DNA of 64,000 bases from Okamejei kenojei (GCA_035221665.1 CM069141.1:16120001-16184000); one strand, 5' to 3'. Shown: positions 11,770-23,063, counted from the stretch's first letter. Numbers and translations: made by a program. Notes: generated from the sequence alone by a model not told the origin.

Positions 11770-12598
11770 TCAAGATCCAAGATACATTTATTTGTCACAT
11801 GACCAGTTGGTACAGTGAAATGTGTGGTCACCATACAGCCATACAAATAAAAAAAGAACATAACACACGATAGACTCCAACATAAAACGGCAGTATCAGT
11901 TTCCCACTGTGAGGGAAGGCACCAAAGTCAGTCATCTTCCTCTGATGTTCTTGATGTTCACCCGTGGTCGTGGTCTCCCGAGGTCTGCGCAGTCGCCGCT
12001 ACGGGCGGCCCGCTGCTCAGGCACGCTCGCCGGGATGATGGGACTCCGACGTCGGAACGGCAGGACAGCCTCAGCGGCTTGGACCTCCGAATCGGCCACT
12101 TCCTACCGGAGTCCGCGGCTCCCGAAGTCCACAGGCCGCGCTGGGCGGAGATTCACGCTGGCGGCCCTCGGCAAAGGGATCCCAGGACTCCACAATGTTG
12201 AGGTCAGCGCCGCCCGTGCTGGGAGCTCTACGAACCACAGCTCCGCGATGTTGATGCTGCAGGCCCAACGCTCCGGAGCTTCAAACGGCGATCCAGGTAG
12301 GTATCGCCCGCTCCGGGGTGAATCCAGCGCTGCGCCGCCGCTGCTGAAGCTCTGGTCCGGTCCCCGGCAGGAAAGGCCGCGCCAATCCAGTAGGTAGGCC
12401 GCGAGGGGGGGGGAGATGAGACTCGGAGAATAGTCGCATCCTCGCCAGGAAGTGACTGGGAAACGGTTTCCCCCTTACCCTACCCCCCTCCCCCACATAG
12501 AAAAACTAAAGAACCCTCCTTAAATTTTTTTTAAAGATAGAAAAAAACGGACAGACTGTGGGCAGAGGCTGCCATCAATGCTGCACCCCTAGTGGAGC
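11770..12598 (-). mobile_element. Unclassified GC-rich non-autonomous retroposon, copy 1
   Basis: Minus-strand AATAAA plus short-repeat tail; shares head and 3' motifs with 50959-51710 and 61776-62515. Confidence 0.7.
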
Positions 12599-13092
12599 AC
12601 AAGAAGCGACAAGACAGACACCGTTGTATGCAAATGCCGGGAAGTGTGTTCGGCTCTGGCTGAACAACATCTAATCTTGTGTGTGGACACGATAAGAAGA
12701 AAAACCTTTGCCTATTCCCGTTTAAATGTTTGTAAAAGATCCCAGGTACAATTTGAGGAATAACAGAAAAATTCTGCTGGCACCAACATTTATTTCTTGA
12801 TCATTCCTGCCAAATCAACTTGACTGTTCACTTATATTAGTTCTGCTTGTGAGATCCTGCAGCATACAGATAAACCTCAATGGAAAAGATAGTCAGCCAC
12901 AGTGAAAAGGTTTTATTGCCTATTTTCTGCCAAATTATACTTTGAATTTGAGCTCTTATGATCTAAAAAATGAAAAAGAGGAACTTGTTCAGGAGGAGAA
13001 TAACTTGAACTCCTGAGACAGCAGCCCAAGTAGGTACAGCCATTACATAAAGGCCTGTGCTTTGAGGTCTGGATTGCTTATGCACCAGGTAT

Positions 13093-13384
13093 GTTTAGCT
13101 TAGTTTAGAGGTGCAGCGCTGAAACAGTCCCTTCGGCCCACCAAGTCCGCACCAACCTGCGATCCCCACACATTAACACTACTACGGACAATTATACATT
13201 TACACCAATTGACCTACAAACGTATACGTCTTTGGAATGTGGGAGGAAACCGAAGATCTCGGAGAAAACCCACGCAAGTCACGGGAGAACGTACAAACTC
13301 TGTACAGTCAGCACCCATAGTCAGGATCGAACCTGGGACTCTGGCTCTGCAAGGCAGCAGCTCTACCTCTGCGCCACCTTGCCG
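13093..13384 (-). mobile_element. HE1-like V-SINE, full length
   Basis: A box and B box, V core, (TAAAC)n tail. Confidence 0.92.
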
Positions 13385-13521
13385 CTCAATGTGTGGTAGG
13401 GAATCAGGAAGGTCACCAGCCTTGAGTGACTGACTGACATTGCTCTGGCAGCTGTGTGTAGAGCTTTTATCATGTGCACAGAGGCCACGATAGAGATTCC
13501 AGTGCACAGACTGCATTGAGG

Positions 13522-13879
13522 GTTGCACAGCGCGCTGGAGCTGCTGCATCACCGCACCAGAAACCCGGGCTCAATCCTGACTATGGGTGCAGCCTGTACA
13601 GAGTTTGTACGTTCTCCCTGTAACTATGTGGGTTTTTCCTACAATTAACCTACAAACCTGCATGTCTTTGGAATGCGGGTGGGTTTTTCTCCGGGGGCTC
13701 CGGTTTTCTCCCACATTCCAAAGACGTGCAGGTTTGTAGGTTAATTGGCTTCTGTCAATTGCCCCGAGCATGTGGGTGCAAAACTGTGATAACTGAGAAC
13801 GAATGTGAATGGGTGATCGATAGTCCGCATGGACTCAGTGGGCCGAAGGATCTGTTTCTGTGCTGTATCTCTTTAAACA
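13522..13879 (+). mobile_element. HE1-like V-SINE with internal inverted duplication
   Basis: Head GGCTCAATCC, core and tail; 13642-13679 is an inverted copy of 13710-13747. Confidence 0.88.
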
Positions 13880-15542
13880 AGTACATCACCAGGTTTTTGT
13901 GATGACAATCAAAGCACAGTATTCCACACCTCAGAATTTTTAGCCTGTATTTTTTTCAGTCAGCTTTCTTCATTCCAATTCATTTTGAGCTTCACATGAC
14001 TGTCTCTCCTTTGCTGGTTAAGATATTTTCCACAGATCCCACTCAAATGCTCATTGTCCCTCTATTTTTTCCCCTAACTTCTCAGCCAGGATAAAGGTGT
14101 ACATGGAACTCCTTTGATTCATATTTGAATACTTAGTAATGGTTCACTTACATTAAAACCAACCAACTATTCTTCTCCCTTAAGGTATGTGTTTAAATAA
14201 TCCCCTGTTATTCCCAATTGTGGCTATCCCCAGCATAATTGATATGGAATGAGAAAAGCATAAACTGTCGGAATGTGCACGCTTGCGTTGACTTACAAGC
14301 GCATGACATTGACAAAGCAAGAAATCACTTTATTTTAAAATGTTGCACTTAAACATATCAAATTCTTTCTGTGCAGAATAAAAGGATTAAGCCTCCAATA
14401 ATGCAACAGTGAACAAGTATGTCATTGCTATTCAGTTGTATTCTTAGAATTATAATGAAAATGATACTATTCAGAAATGAAGTGGCAATGCAAGTTCCAA
14501 GTAAGTCTCTTCAGATCTAATAAGCAAATAAGGTGTGAATGAGAAGATGCAATGGATCTAGTTAGGTGGGAAATCCACATTTAAACCCAAAATATAACAG
14601 ATTGAGTTTCAGATCAACATTGATAGGAGCATTACCAGTAAATCTAGCACGTTACACTCAATCGGATGTTTGCATTTTGTACGATATTTAATACTGAGTG
14701 ACCTGTACTTTCCAATCCATATTGTAGTAGGGATATATTGCACATAACCTTTATTTTTATAATGTTCCCATTTCTATGCAACCATAAATCTTTTGCTACG
14801 ATGGTAAAATGAATATGTATCACCTCAAGACCTGCTGATGGAGAAATAACTATTATTTCTCAGGAAGGATTTAATAATTCCAGGACTATAAATTTGTTTT
14901 AATACTGCACGGCTGCAAAAGGGCACATTTGACATTTAATTCTGAAATTAAACTTTGTGTCAAGGAAATCATTTGCAGAAGATTTTTTTCGACCCAGTTA
15001 ATATTTGTGCAGCATGAGCTCATTAATGATAACTGGTAAAAAATATTTGTACATGAATGCAGGATGCATTTAATTTATAATTGTACTAAGATTGGAATAT
15101 TAATGTATTTGCAACCTATCACCAATGTGCAGGTGAAATTGATTTATTATCTTTAACTGAAAAATGTATTCCTACCTCTCTCATAATAATGATAGTTTCT
15201 TGCTTATTTTCCTGCAAGAAGTCACAAGATGTTTGTATTAATGCTTATGAAGGCGTATGGCATGGGCTTCTCTCAAATACTGAGTATTTGTTCAGTTTAC
15301 AGTTTAACCTTCTCTGTAGATTTCTGAAAATGTATTTTCCTTTACTATTGCCATGGCTATGATAAGTGACTGCTGCTTTATGTGTAATCGTGCACCTTTA
15401 ATGGGCGATGAGCAAAGTAGAATTAAAACGGTACCACCTTCCATATTTTGGTGTGTGACCTCACTGAGTAGAGTTATCAAAAAACAGATATTGAGGAAAC
15501 TGTGCCAATGTAATTTTTATCTGCCTTTTACCATAAGTAAAT

Positions 15543-15850
15543 GGGTGGCAAAGTGGCACAACGGTAGAGCTCGTGCCTTACAACACCAGAGACCCAGGGG
15601 CAATCCTGTCTATGGGTGTTTGTCTGTGTGCAGTTTGTACATTCTCACCGCAACCTGCGTGGGTTTACTCTGAGATGCGGGTTTCCTCGCCACACTCCAA
15701 AGACGTAGGTTAATTGGCTTGATATTAACGTAAAATTGACCGTCAGTGTGTGTAGGATAGTGTTAGTGTGTGGGGATCGCAGGTCGGTGCGGACTCGGTC
15801 GGCCGAAGGGCCTGTTTCCGCACTGTATCTGTAAACTAAACTAAAGTAAA
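15543..15850 (+). mobile_element. HE1-like V-SINE
   Basis: GTGGCACAACGGTAGAG head; GGCCGAAGGGCCTGTTTCC...TAAACTAAACTAAA tail. Confidence 0.9.
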
Positions 15851-15910
15851 TGATTTGCACGCACGGGCCCCAGCTACGTTTGCCTCTTTGTCGGGTACGT
15901 CGAACAATCC

Positions 15911-17016
15911 TTGTTCTCGGCGTACCAGGGCCCCATCCCCGACCTCTACCTCCGTTACATCGACGACTGCTTTGGTGTCACCTCCTGCACCCACACACAA
16001 CTGACTGACTTCATCCGTTTCACCACCAACTTCCATCCGGCACTCAAATACACCTGGACCATTTCCGACACTTCCCTACCATTCCTAGACCTCACCATCT
16101 CCATTGCAGGTGATACGCTCCTGACCGACATCCACTACAAACCAACTGACTCCCACAGCTACCAGGACTACTCTTCCTCCCACCCTGCTTCCTGTAAGGA
16201 CTCCATCCCCTATTCCCAATTCCTCCATCTACGCCGCATCTGCTCCCAGGATGAGGTGTTCCCCACCAGGTCATCACAAATGTCCTCATTCTTCAGAGAA
16301 CGGGGATTCCCCTCTCCCACTATAGATGAGGCTCGCACCAGGGTCTCCTCCATACCCCGCAACACTGCCCTCTCTCCCCATTCCCCCACTCGCAACAAAG
16401 GCAGAGTCCCCCTGGTCCTCACCTTTCACCCCACCAGCCGGCAAATACAACACATAGTCCTCCGCCAGTTTCACCACCTCCAACGTGACCCCTCCACTCG
16501 CCACATCTTCCCATCTCCCCCCCTGTCTGCCTTCCGCAAAGACCGCTCCCTCCGCAACTCCCTTGTCAATTCTTCCCTTCCCTCCCGCTCTACCCCTTCC
16601 CCGGGCACTTTCCCTTGCAACCGCAAGAAATGCTACACTTGTCCCTTCACCTCCCCTCTCCACTCCTTTCAAGGACCCAAGCAGTCCTGCCAGGTCCGAC
16701 AGAGGTTCACCTGCACCTCCTCCAACCTAATCTACTGCATCCGCTGCTCCAGATGCCAGATGATCTATATCGGTGAGACCAAGCGGAGGCTTGGCGATCA
16801 TTTTGCCGAACACCTCCGCTCGGTCCGCATTAACCAACTCGACCTCCCGGTGGCTCAGCACCAACTCCCCCTCCCATTCCGTATCCGACCTCTCGGTCCT
16901 GGGCCTCCTCCACGGCCAGAGTGAGCAACACCGCAAGTTGGAGGAACAACACCTCATATTCCGCATGGGGAGTCTGCATCCTCTGGGCTTGAACATTGAA
17001 TTTTCTCAATTCTGTT
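15911..17016 (+). pseudogene. Penelope-like RT/GIY-YIG ORF remnant
   Basis: 337-aa ORF; frameshift near 16862 (compare 53520); continues in another frame as ...EEQHLIFRMGSLHPLGLNIEFSQFC*. Confidence 0.92.
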
Positions 17017-17251
17017 AACCCTTGCTGTCTCCTCCCCTTCCCACCTCTCCCTCAGCCCTCAGGGCCTGGCATTCCCTCTCTCTCTATCTCTCTCCCCCAC
17101 CCTAGTCGCACTAGCTTCTCATTTTCACACTACAAACAGCTTACAATGGCTTGTTCCCTTTATCATCGATACTTTTTTGCATATCTTTCACTCATTGTTC
17201 TTTATCTCTCCACATCACCGTCTATATCTCTCGTTTCCCTGATCCCTGACC

Positions 17252-17285
17252 AGTCTGAAGAAGGGTCTCGACCCGAAACGTCGCC
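17252..17285 (+). ncRNA. Minimal type-I hammerhead ribozyme motif
   Basis: CTGAAGA A GGGTC TC GACCC GAAAC GTC; predicted cleavage after 17282; weak stem I. Confidence 0.75.
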
Positions 17286-18287
17286 TATCTCTTTCGCTCC
17301 TTAGATGCTGCTGCACCCGCTGAGTTTCTCCAGCCTTTTGTGTACCCTGACTTGCTGATTTGCTGACGGTTTTCATCTTGAATGCTTCAAACAATAGCTT
17401 AAACATTTAATATATGCTGTGACATTTCCACAAAGGTGCTTCACTGTTTTTTTTCCAAGGCGAGAACTGAAGGTTGGGCTTTCTTCAAGTAAGACTAATT
17501 CTTATGAATCACAAGCATCAATCTGTATGAAGGAATATAACCAGAGCTGAATATTATTAACCATCCCTGGCCACATAATTAAAGTCTAACAGGTGCAGCC
17601 AGCAGATATGGCTACCTTGAACAGATCCTTGAAAGCTTCATTGTCCTGGATTTTTATGAGCATTTTCCATTATTATTTGCAATTGGGTTCACTTAAAACC
17701 TTGCATTTCTCTTCTTTGAAGAGACTTATGACTAGCTAACTCACACATTAACATGTCTGCTGTGGCTGCCAAAGGTTTTATTTTTCCTCCTCTGCAATTT
17801 AACCTGGAGGCTGGTGTAGAAATGCCCTTCCCCACCAACAAATGTAAATTTAAATGTAATGTGTTGTGCATTATTTTCTGCATTGCACGAAAACGCTGCA
17901 TTTTTCTCCCTGTTGTGCCATTAAACAAAATCCAAATAAGAAACACCGCCAAATGACTTTTAGACAAAGTAACCACATTTCTCAGTGCTCTTAATTACTT
18001 CCTGGCCATAATATTGCAACAGTGTTTAGATCATTAACATGAAATGATTGCACCACATTACCAGTGACATTTCAAGTCCTGTTGCACCTATTCAAACACT
18101 CCATTGAATATCCAGCATTACTCACCCGAGATAATTGAACACTTCATTGCTGCAAAAAGCTTTTTTTTAAATTTCAAGATGAGCTCCAAGTTTTGCGGAG
18201 GAGTCGTGAGCATGTTTTTCATTGCTCACTAAATTCCAAAGAAATGTGCAGATTGGTTTGGGAACAGCCCCATCCAAGTTCCACTGC

Positions 18288-18392
18288 TGACGGCTTGATT
18301 GTAATCATGTATGGTCATGTCTTTAACTGGATAGCACAACAGACAAAAGCTTTTCACACTACGTCGGTACAAGTGACAATAATAAACTAAAC
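18288..18392 (+). mobile_element. LINE 3' tail fragment (Rex1-like)
   Basis: AAAAGCTTTTCACACT..GTGACAATAATAAACTAAAC; related tails at 28785, 45425 and 52241. Confidence 0.6.
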
Positions 18393-19052
18393 AATCTGGT
18401 AGAGGAGTGGAACTGATTGTTGGGGCCTTTCAGATGTCGGCACAGGCAAAGGCTGCCTCCTGTGCTGTATAAAGTTGTGATGTAGACATCTGTTGATTTG
18501 TCCAAATGCTATCACTTGGCTTGAAAGATACAAGGAAATGAGGTTGTCTGGTCATATTTCTTGTTAGTTGTGAAACAGCTCTATGATGAGATGTGTACAG
18601 ATTCTTTATTGACTGATATGTCCTGGTGTGAATAGAGTAAAGCAAGGTTATGTATTGTGCAGTATTATATTCCCATTCCTTTGGACAGTTGTGCTGATTG
18701 ATGTAGCCAAGAGTTGGAATACATATCTGCACGGTGGAGAAATTGTTCACTTTATCAATGGTGGATGCATTGACTAAAGACTTCAAAGAAATTATACCAG
18801 GAATTTGTGAGTTGCTGAATTACGAAGAGAAGCTTCAGCTGATGGCAGATGGGTTCGTAGTTTTTGCGAGCAGCTCTGGGCAGTTTATGAGTTTGGAGAA
18901 GATTACAAAAATATATATTAGTTCCTTGGATCGGATAATAATAAGACGGCAGCTAAAATGACTGAATTGAACGCAGACATATCTTGATTTATTGTGAGAT
19001 GATACAATCTTATGGTGCAGTGATTGATAAAGAAGTAACAGCTTGGGTTTAA

Positions 19053-19335
19053 TTTAGTTTAGTTTAGAGATACAGTCCGCACCGACCAGCAATCCCCGCA
19101 CATTAACGCTACCCTACACACATTAGGGACAATTTACATTTATACCAAGTCAATTAACCTACAAACCTGTACGTCTTTAGAGCGTGGGAGGAAACCGAAG
19201 ATCTCGGAGAAAACCCACGCGGTCACGAGGAGAACGTACGACCTCCGTACAGACAGCACCCGTAGTTGGGATCGAACCCGATTCTCTGGCGCTGCAAGCG
19301 CTGTAAGGCAGCAACTCTACCGCTGCGCCGCCGTG
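19053..19335 (-). mobile_element. HE1-like V-SINE
   Basis: Head with GGTTCGATCC on the minus strand, core, tail. Confidence 0.92.
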
Positions 19336-19537
19336 CAAAGACAAATGTTGCCTTTGGTGGACTGGAGGCTGTTAGCAATCTGGAGATATTTAGGATGCTA
19401 CTAAACTGGGAGTTTATGAGGCACTGTAAATTTTAGAGGATTTCAGGAAAGAAACCATTGTACATTTATCCATACATGAAGGCAAGATAATAGCTTTACC
19501 ATTCAGTCTGTGTTAGTTAATACTTTTAAGTGCAGTT

Positions 19538-19645
19538 TTTAGAGATACAGCATGGAAACGGTCCCATCAGGTCCAGGCCGAATATTGATTACCCGCATAC
19601 TAGTTCCATGTTATCCCACTTTAGCATGCTACGCACCAGGGGATT
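19538..19645 (-). mobile_element. SINE 3' fragment
   Basis: TTTAGAGATACAGCATGGAAACGG. Confidence 0.65.
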
Positions 19646-19649
19646 TTTA

Positions 19650-20255
19650 AAGCGTTCACTTTGGATTCTCCTTAATCCTATCTGCCAGGGCTAGCTCATG
19701 CCCCCTTTTTGTCCTCTTGATTTCTTTCTTAAGAATGCTCCTAAATTCCTGACACCCTCCTGGGTTATTCTTGATCCCAGCTGTTATACCTTCTTCTTCT
19801 GTCGCGTGGCGTGCACAGCCTAAAGTTGTTGGACAACTTCTTCTATTTGATCTTCCGTTTGTGCACGTCGAGTTGATTGCATTAGTCGAAACAGGGCGGA
19901 CCACGTGAAGGTTGCAATCTTCCACCCCAGGGTAGTGTTAATGTGCAGCGATCGCTGGTCAGTGTGGACTCGGTGGGCCGAAGGGCCTGTTTCCGCGCTG
20001 TATCTCTAAACTAAATCCAAGCCCTCTTATTTTCTCCCCCACCAGAGCCTCAATTTCTCTCGTCATCCAGGCTCCCTTACTTCTACCTACCTTGCCCTTC
20101 ACTCTAACAGAAACAGCACACCTTGAACTCTTACTATCTCACTTTTAAAAGCATCCCACTTTCCAGATGTCCCGTTGCCCGTAAGCAAACTACACCAATT
20201 AACTTTTGCAAGCTCTTGCCTAATGCTACCAAAGTTGACCTTGCCGCAATTGAAT
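19650..20255 (-). mobile_element. Old CR1 ORF2 fragment (endonuclease-RT linker), interrupted at 19791-20015
   Basis: KVNFGSIRQELAKVNW...KWDAFKSEI; LKKEIKRTKRGHELALADRIKENPK. Confidence 0.8.
19929..20015 (+). mobile_element. HE1-like SINE tail
   Basis: GGGCCGAAGGGCCTGTTTCCGCGCTGTATCTCTAAACTAAA. Confidence 0.85.
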
Positions 20256-21055
20256 TTCAAACTTTGTGCGTTCTTCCGAAAGGTCACCAGCGTGAAATGT
20301 TAAATTTGCATTCTCTCCACAGATGCTGCTTAATCAGCTGAGTACTTCAAGCATTTTCTGCTTTTATTTCAAATCTCCAATATCTACAATGTTTTGCCTT
20401 TCACTGAGTCTTGTGAAAGGCAATAGTTGTCACAGGTAATCAGTACACCCACCTATAACGTATCCTTTGTTTTTGGTACTTTCATCCATGACATTTGAAT
20501 ATTAAGTGACACAATATATGTACCTAATTAACTTCAACAAGCAGTTATCTTGTCACATTTCTTTTACAGGAAGAATATATTTTGTAAACATTCTATTGTC
20601 TACTCTGCTTGTAGTTAACAAGTCTACGTACTATAGTTGATTCAAATTGAGTGTAATTTTTCAAATCTTGGTTTCCAATTCAGAAACCTATTTACGTTAT
20701 TCCCTAATAACGTGGAATGTTGCCCTTCAAGTTTGTTTTCCTGCTGTTATTAATTTCTCACCTATTGCTACCTCTTCTTTTGTATAATTACTCAACTTGC
20801 ATAGAAGTTCCAAAATAAAATCTTAGTCTTCGAAGTAACTCCAACTATCAACTAATATCATGATTTATAACTTTCAATTCCAATAATGATATTGCACAGA
20901 TATTTCCCTGGTTTTCCAGATAGTATTTAAAGGGATGAAAATCGTTTATATTTCTACAACATTATAAATATCCTCAAAATAGCCAAGAAATTTGCTATCA
21001 AGTGTATTTGTTGTGTGAGAAATATGCGACTAATGTGGTTGGTTAGTAAGCGAAA

Positions 21056-21091
21056 AGGTCTGAAGAAGGGTCTCGACCCGAAACGTCGCCT
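21056..21091 (+). ncRNA. Minimal type-I hammerhead motif
   Basis: AGGT CTGAAGA A GGGTCTCGACCC GAAACGTC GCCT; 4-bp stem I including one G-U pair. Confidence 0.75.
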
Positions 21092-21152
21092 ATCTCCTTT
21101 GCTCCTTAAATGCTGCTGCACCCGCTAAGATTCTCCAGCCTTTTGTGTACCG
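21063..21152 (+). mobile_element. ~90-bp Penelope-like insertion (ribozyme plus tail only)
   Basis: Near-identical to 17258-17346; TSD-like 14-mers at 21049-21062 and 21153-21166 (12/14). Confidence 0.85.
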
Positions 21153-21553
21153 AGCAAAAAGATCTGTTCATTCACTTCAATTGGTTAAGGGATAATAATC
21201 TTTCCATGATAGAAATCAACTTCTCTCTAAAGAGTGCCATTGGAATTTCCGCAATGACTGAAATTGGCAGGCGGGATGTGTTGGATAAAATTCCATAAAT
21301 GAACTGCAAGTTAAATAAGGAGTTGTACAACTGACTTCATCACCAAGAATGATTGGTTCCCCAACGTGAGCACAATGTGCCATGTTAAATTAGATTGTGG
21401 TCCTTCATGTGTGGGATATGCTTCTGTAAGGTGGCTGCTGAAAGCACAGAATAACCTCAACTTCCTGCAAAGTACATTACTGCTGGAGTATCGCGGGATG
21501 AATACATTACAGGAAAGCATAGGTTCGAGCTATTCTTCTTTCCAGCAGATGAC

Positions 21554-23063
21554 CTGTATCCCAGGAGGTGGCTCCGGAAATTGTGGACGCATTGGTGATC
21601 ATTTTCCAAAGTTCTATAGATTCAGGATCACTTCCTGTGGATTGGAGGGTAGCAAATGTTGTCCCACTTTTTCAGAAAGGTGGGAGAGAGAAAACGGACA
21701 ATTATAGACCCATTAGCCTGACATTGGTGGTGGGAAAATGCTGGAGTCAATTATAAAAGATGAAATAGCGGCAGATTTGGATAGTAGTAACAGGATCGGT
21801 CTGAGTCAGCATGGATTTACGAAGGGGAAATCATGCTTGACTAATCTTCTGGAATTTTTTGAGGATGTAACTTGGAAAATGGACAAGGGTGAGCAGTGGA
21901 TGTAGTGTACCTGGACTTTCATAAAGCCTTTGACGAGGTCCCACATAGGAGATTAGTAGGCAAAATTAGCGCACATGGTATCTATATCAGTAGGGTACTG
22001 ATATGGATAGAAAATTGTTTGGCAGACAGGAAACAAAGAGTGGGGATTAACAGGCCCTTTTCAGAATGGCAGGCAGTGACTAGTGCGGTACCGCAAGGCT
22101 CGGTGCTGGGAACGCAGCTATTTACAATATATATTAATGATTAAATGAAGGGATTAAAAGTAACGTTAGCAAATTTGCAGATGACACAAAGCTGGGTGGC
22201 AGTGTGAACTGTGAGGAAGATGCTATGAGGATGCAGGGTGATTTGGACAGGTTGGGTGAGTGGGCAGACGCATGACAGATGTAGTTTAATGTGAGGTTAT
22301 TCACTTTGAGGCAAGAACAGGAAGGCAGGTTATTATCTGAATGATGTCAAGTTAGGAAAAGGGGAAGTACAACGAGAGCTGGGTGTCCTTGTACAGTCAA
22401 TGAAAGTAAGCATTCAGGTACTGCAGGCGGTGAAGAAAGCTAATGGCATGTTGGCGTTCATAACAAGGGGAGTTGAGTATAAGAGTAAAGAGGTCCTTCT
22501 GCAGTTGTACAGGGCCCTGGTCAGATCACACTTGGAGTATTGTGTGCAGTTTGGTCTCAGAATTTGAGGAAGGACAGTCTTGCTATTGAGGGAGTAGGTT
22601 CACGAGGTTAATTCCCGGGATGGTGGGACTGTCACATGCTGAGAGAATGGAGCAGCCTTGGAAGGATGAGAGGGGATCTTATTGAAACATATAAGATTAT
22701 TAAGGGTTTGGACACGCTAGAGACAGGAAACATGTTCCCGATGTTGGGGGAGTCCAGAACCAGGGGCCACAATTTAAGAATAAGGGGTAGGTCATTTAGA
22801 ATGGAGATAATGAAAAACGTTTTCACCCAGAGAGTTGTGAATCTGTGGAATCCTCTGCCTCAGAAGGCAGTGGAGGCCGATTCTCTGCATGCTTTCAAGA
22901 GAGAGTTAGATGGAGCTCTTAAATATAGCGGAGTCAAGTGATATGGGGAGAAGGCAGGAACGGGATACTGATTGTGGATGATCAGCCATGATCACAGTGA
23001 TTGGCGGTGCTGTCTCGAAGGGCCAAATGGCCTACTACTGCACCTATGGTCCATTGTCTATTG
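21554..23063 (+). mobile_element. 5'-truncated CR1 LINE (RT domain to tail), disrupted
   Basis: DWRVANVVPLFQKG..NYRPISLT; YLDFHKAFD; VPQGSVLG; (CTATTGT)n-type tail. Confidence 0.95.

Larger units (their letters stand above)
15859..17346 (+). mobile_element. 5'-truncated Penelope-like retroelement (Neptune-type): RT C-terminal half, Cys linker, GIY-YIG endonuclease, 3' UTR with hammerhead
   Basis: YLRYIDDCFG, LPFLDLTI, YKPTDSHSY, PCNRKKCYTCP, LIYCIRCSRC..IYIGETKRRL; candidate TSD TGATTTGC at 15851-15858 and 17356-17363. Confidence 0.95.

Noticed and set aside
11909-12397. 162-aa ORF and similar GC-rich ORFs (9772-10200, 51176-51658, 61845-62453)
   Set aside because: Low-complexity R/A/G/P translations inside repeats; long only because high GC depletes stop codons
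16286-16672. Antisense ORFs over Penelope, CR1 and Rex1 copies
   Set aside because: Shadows of TE coding strands
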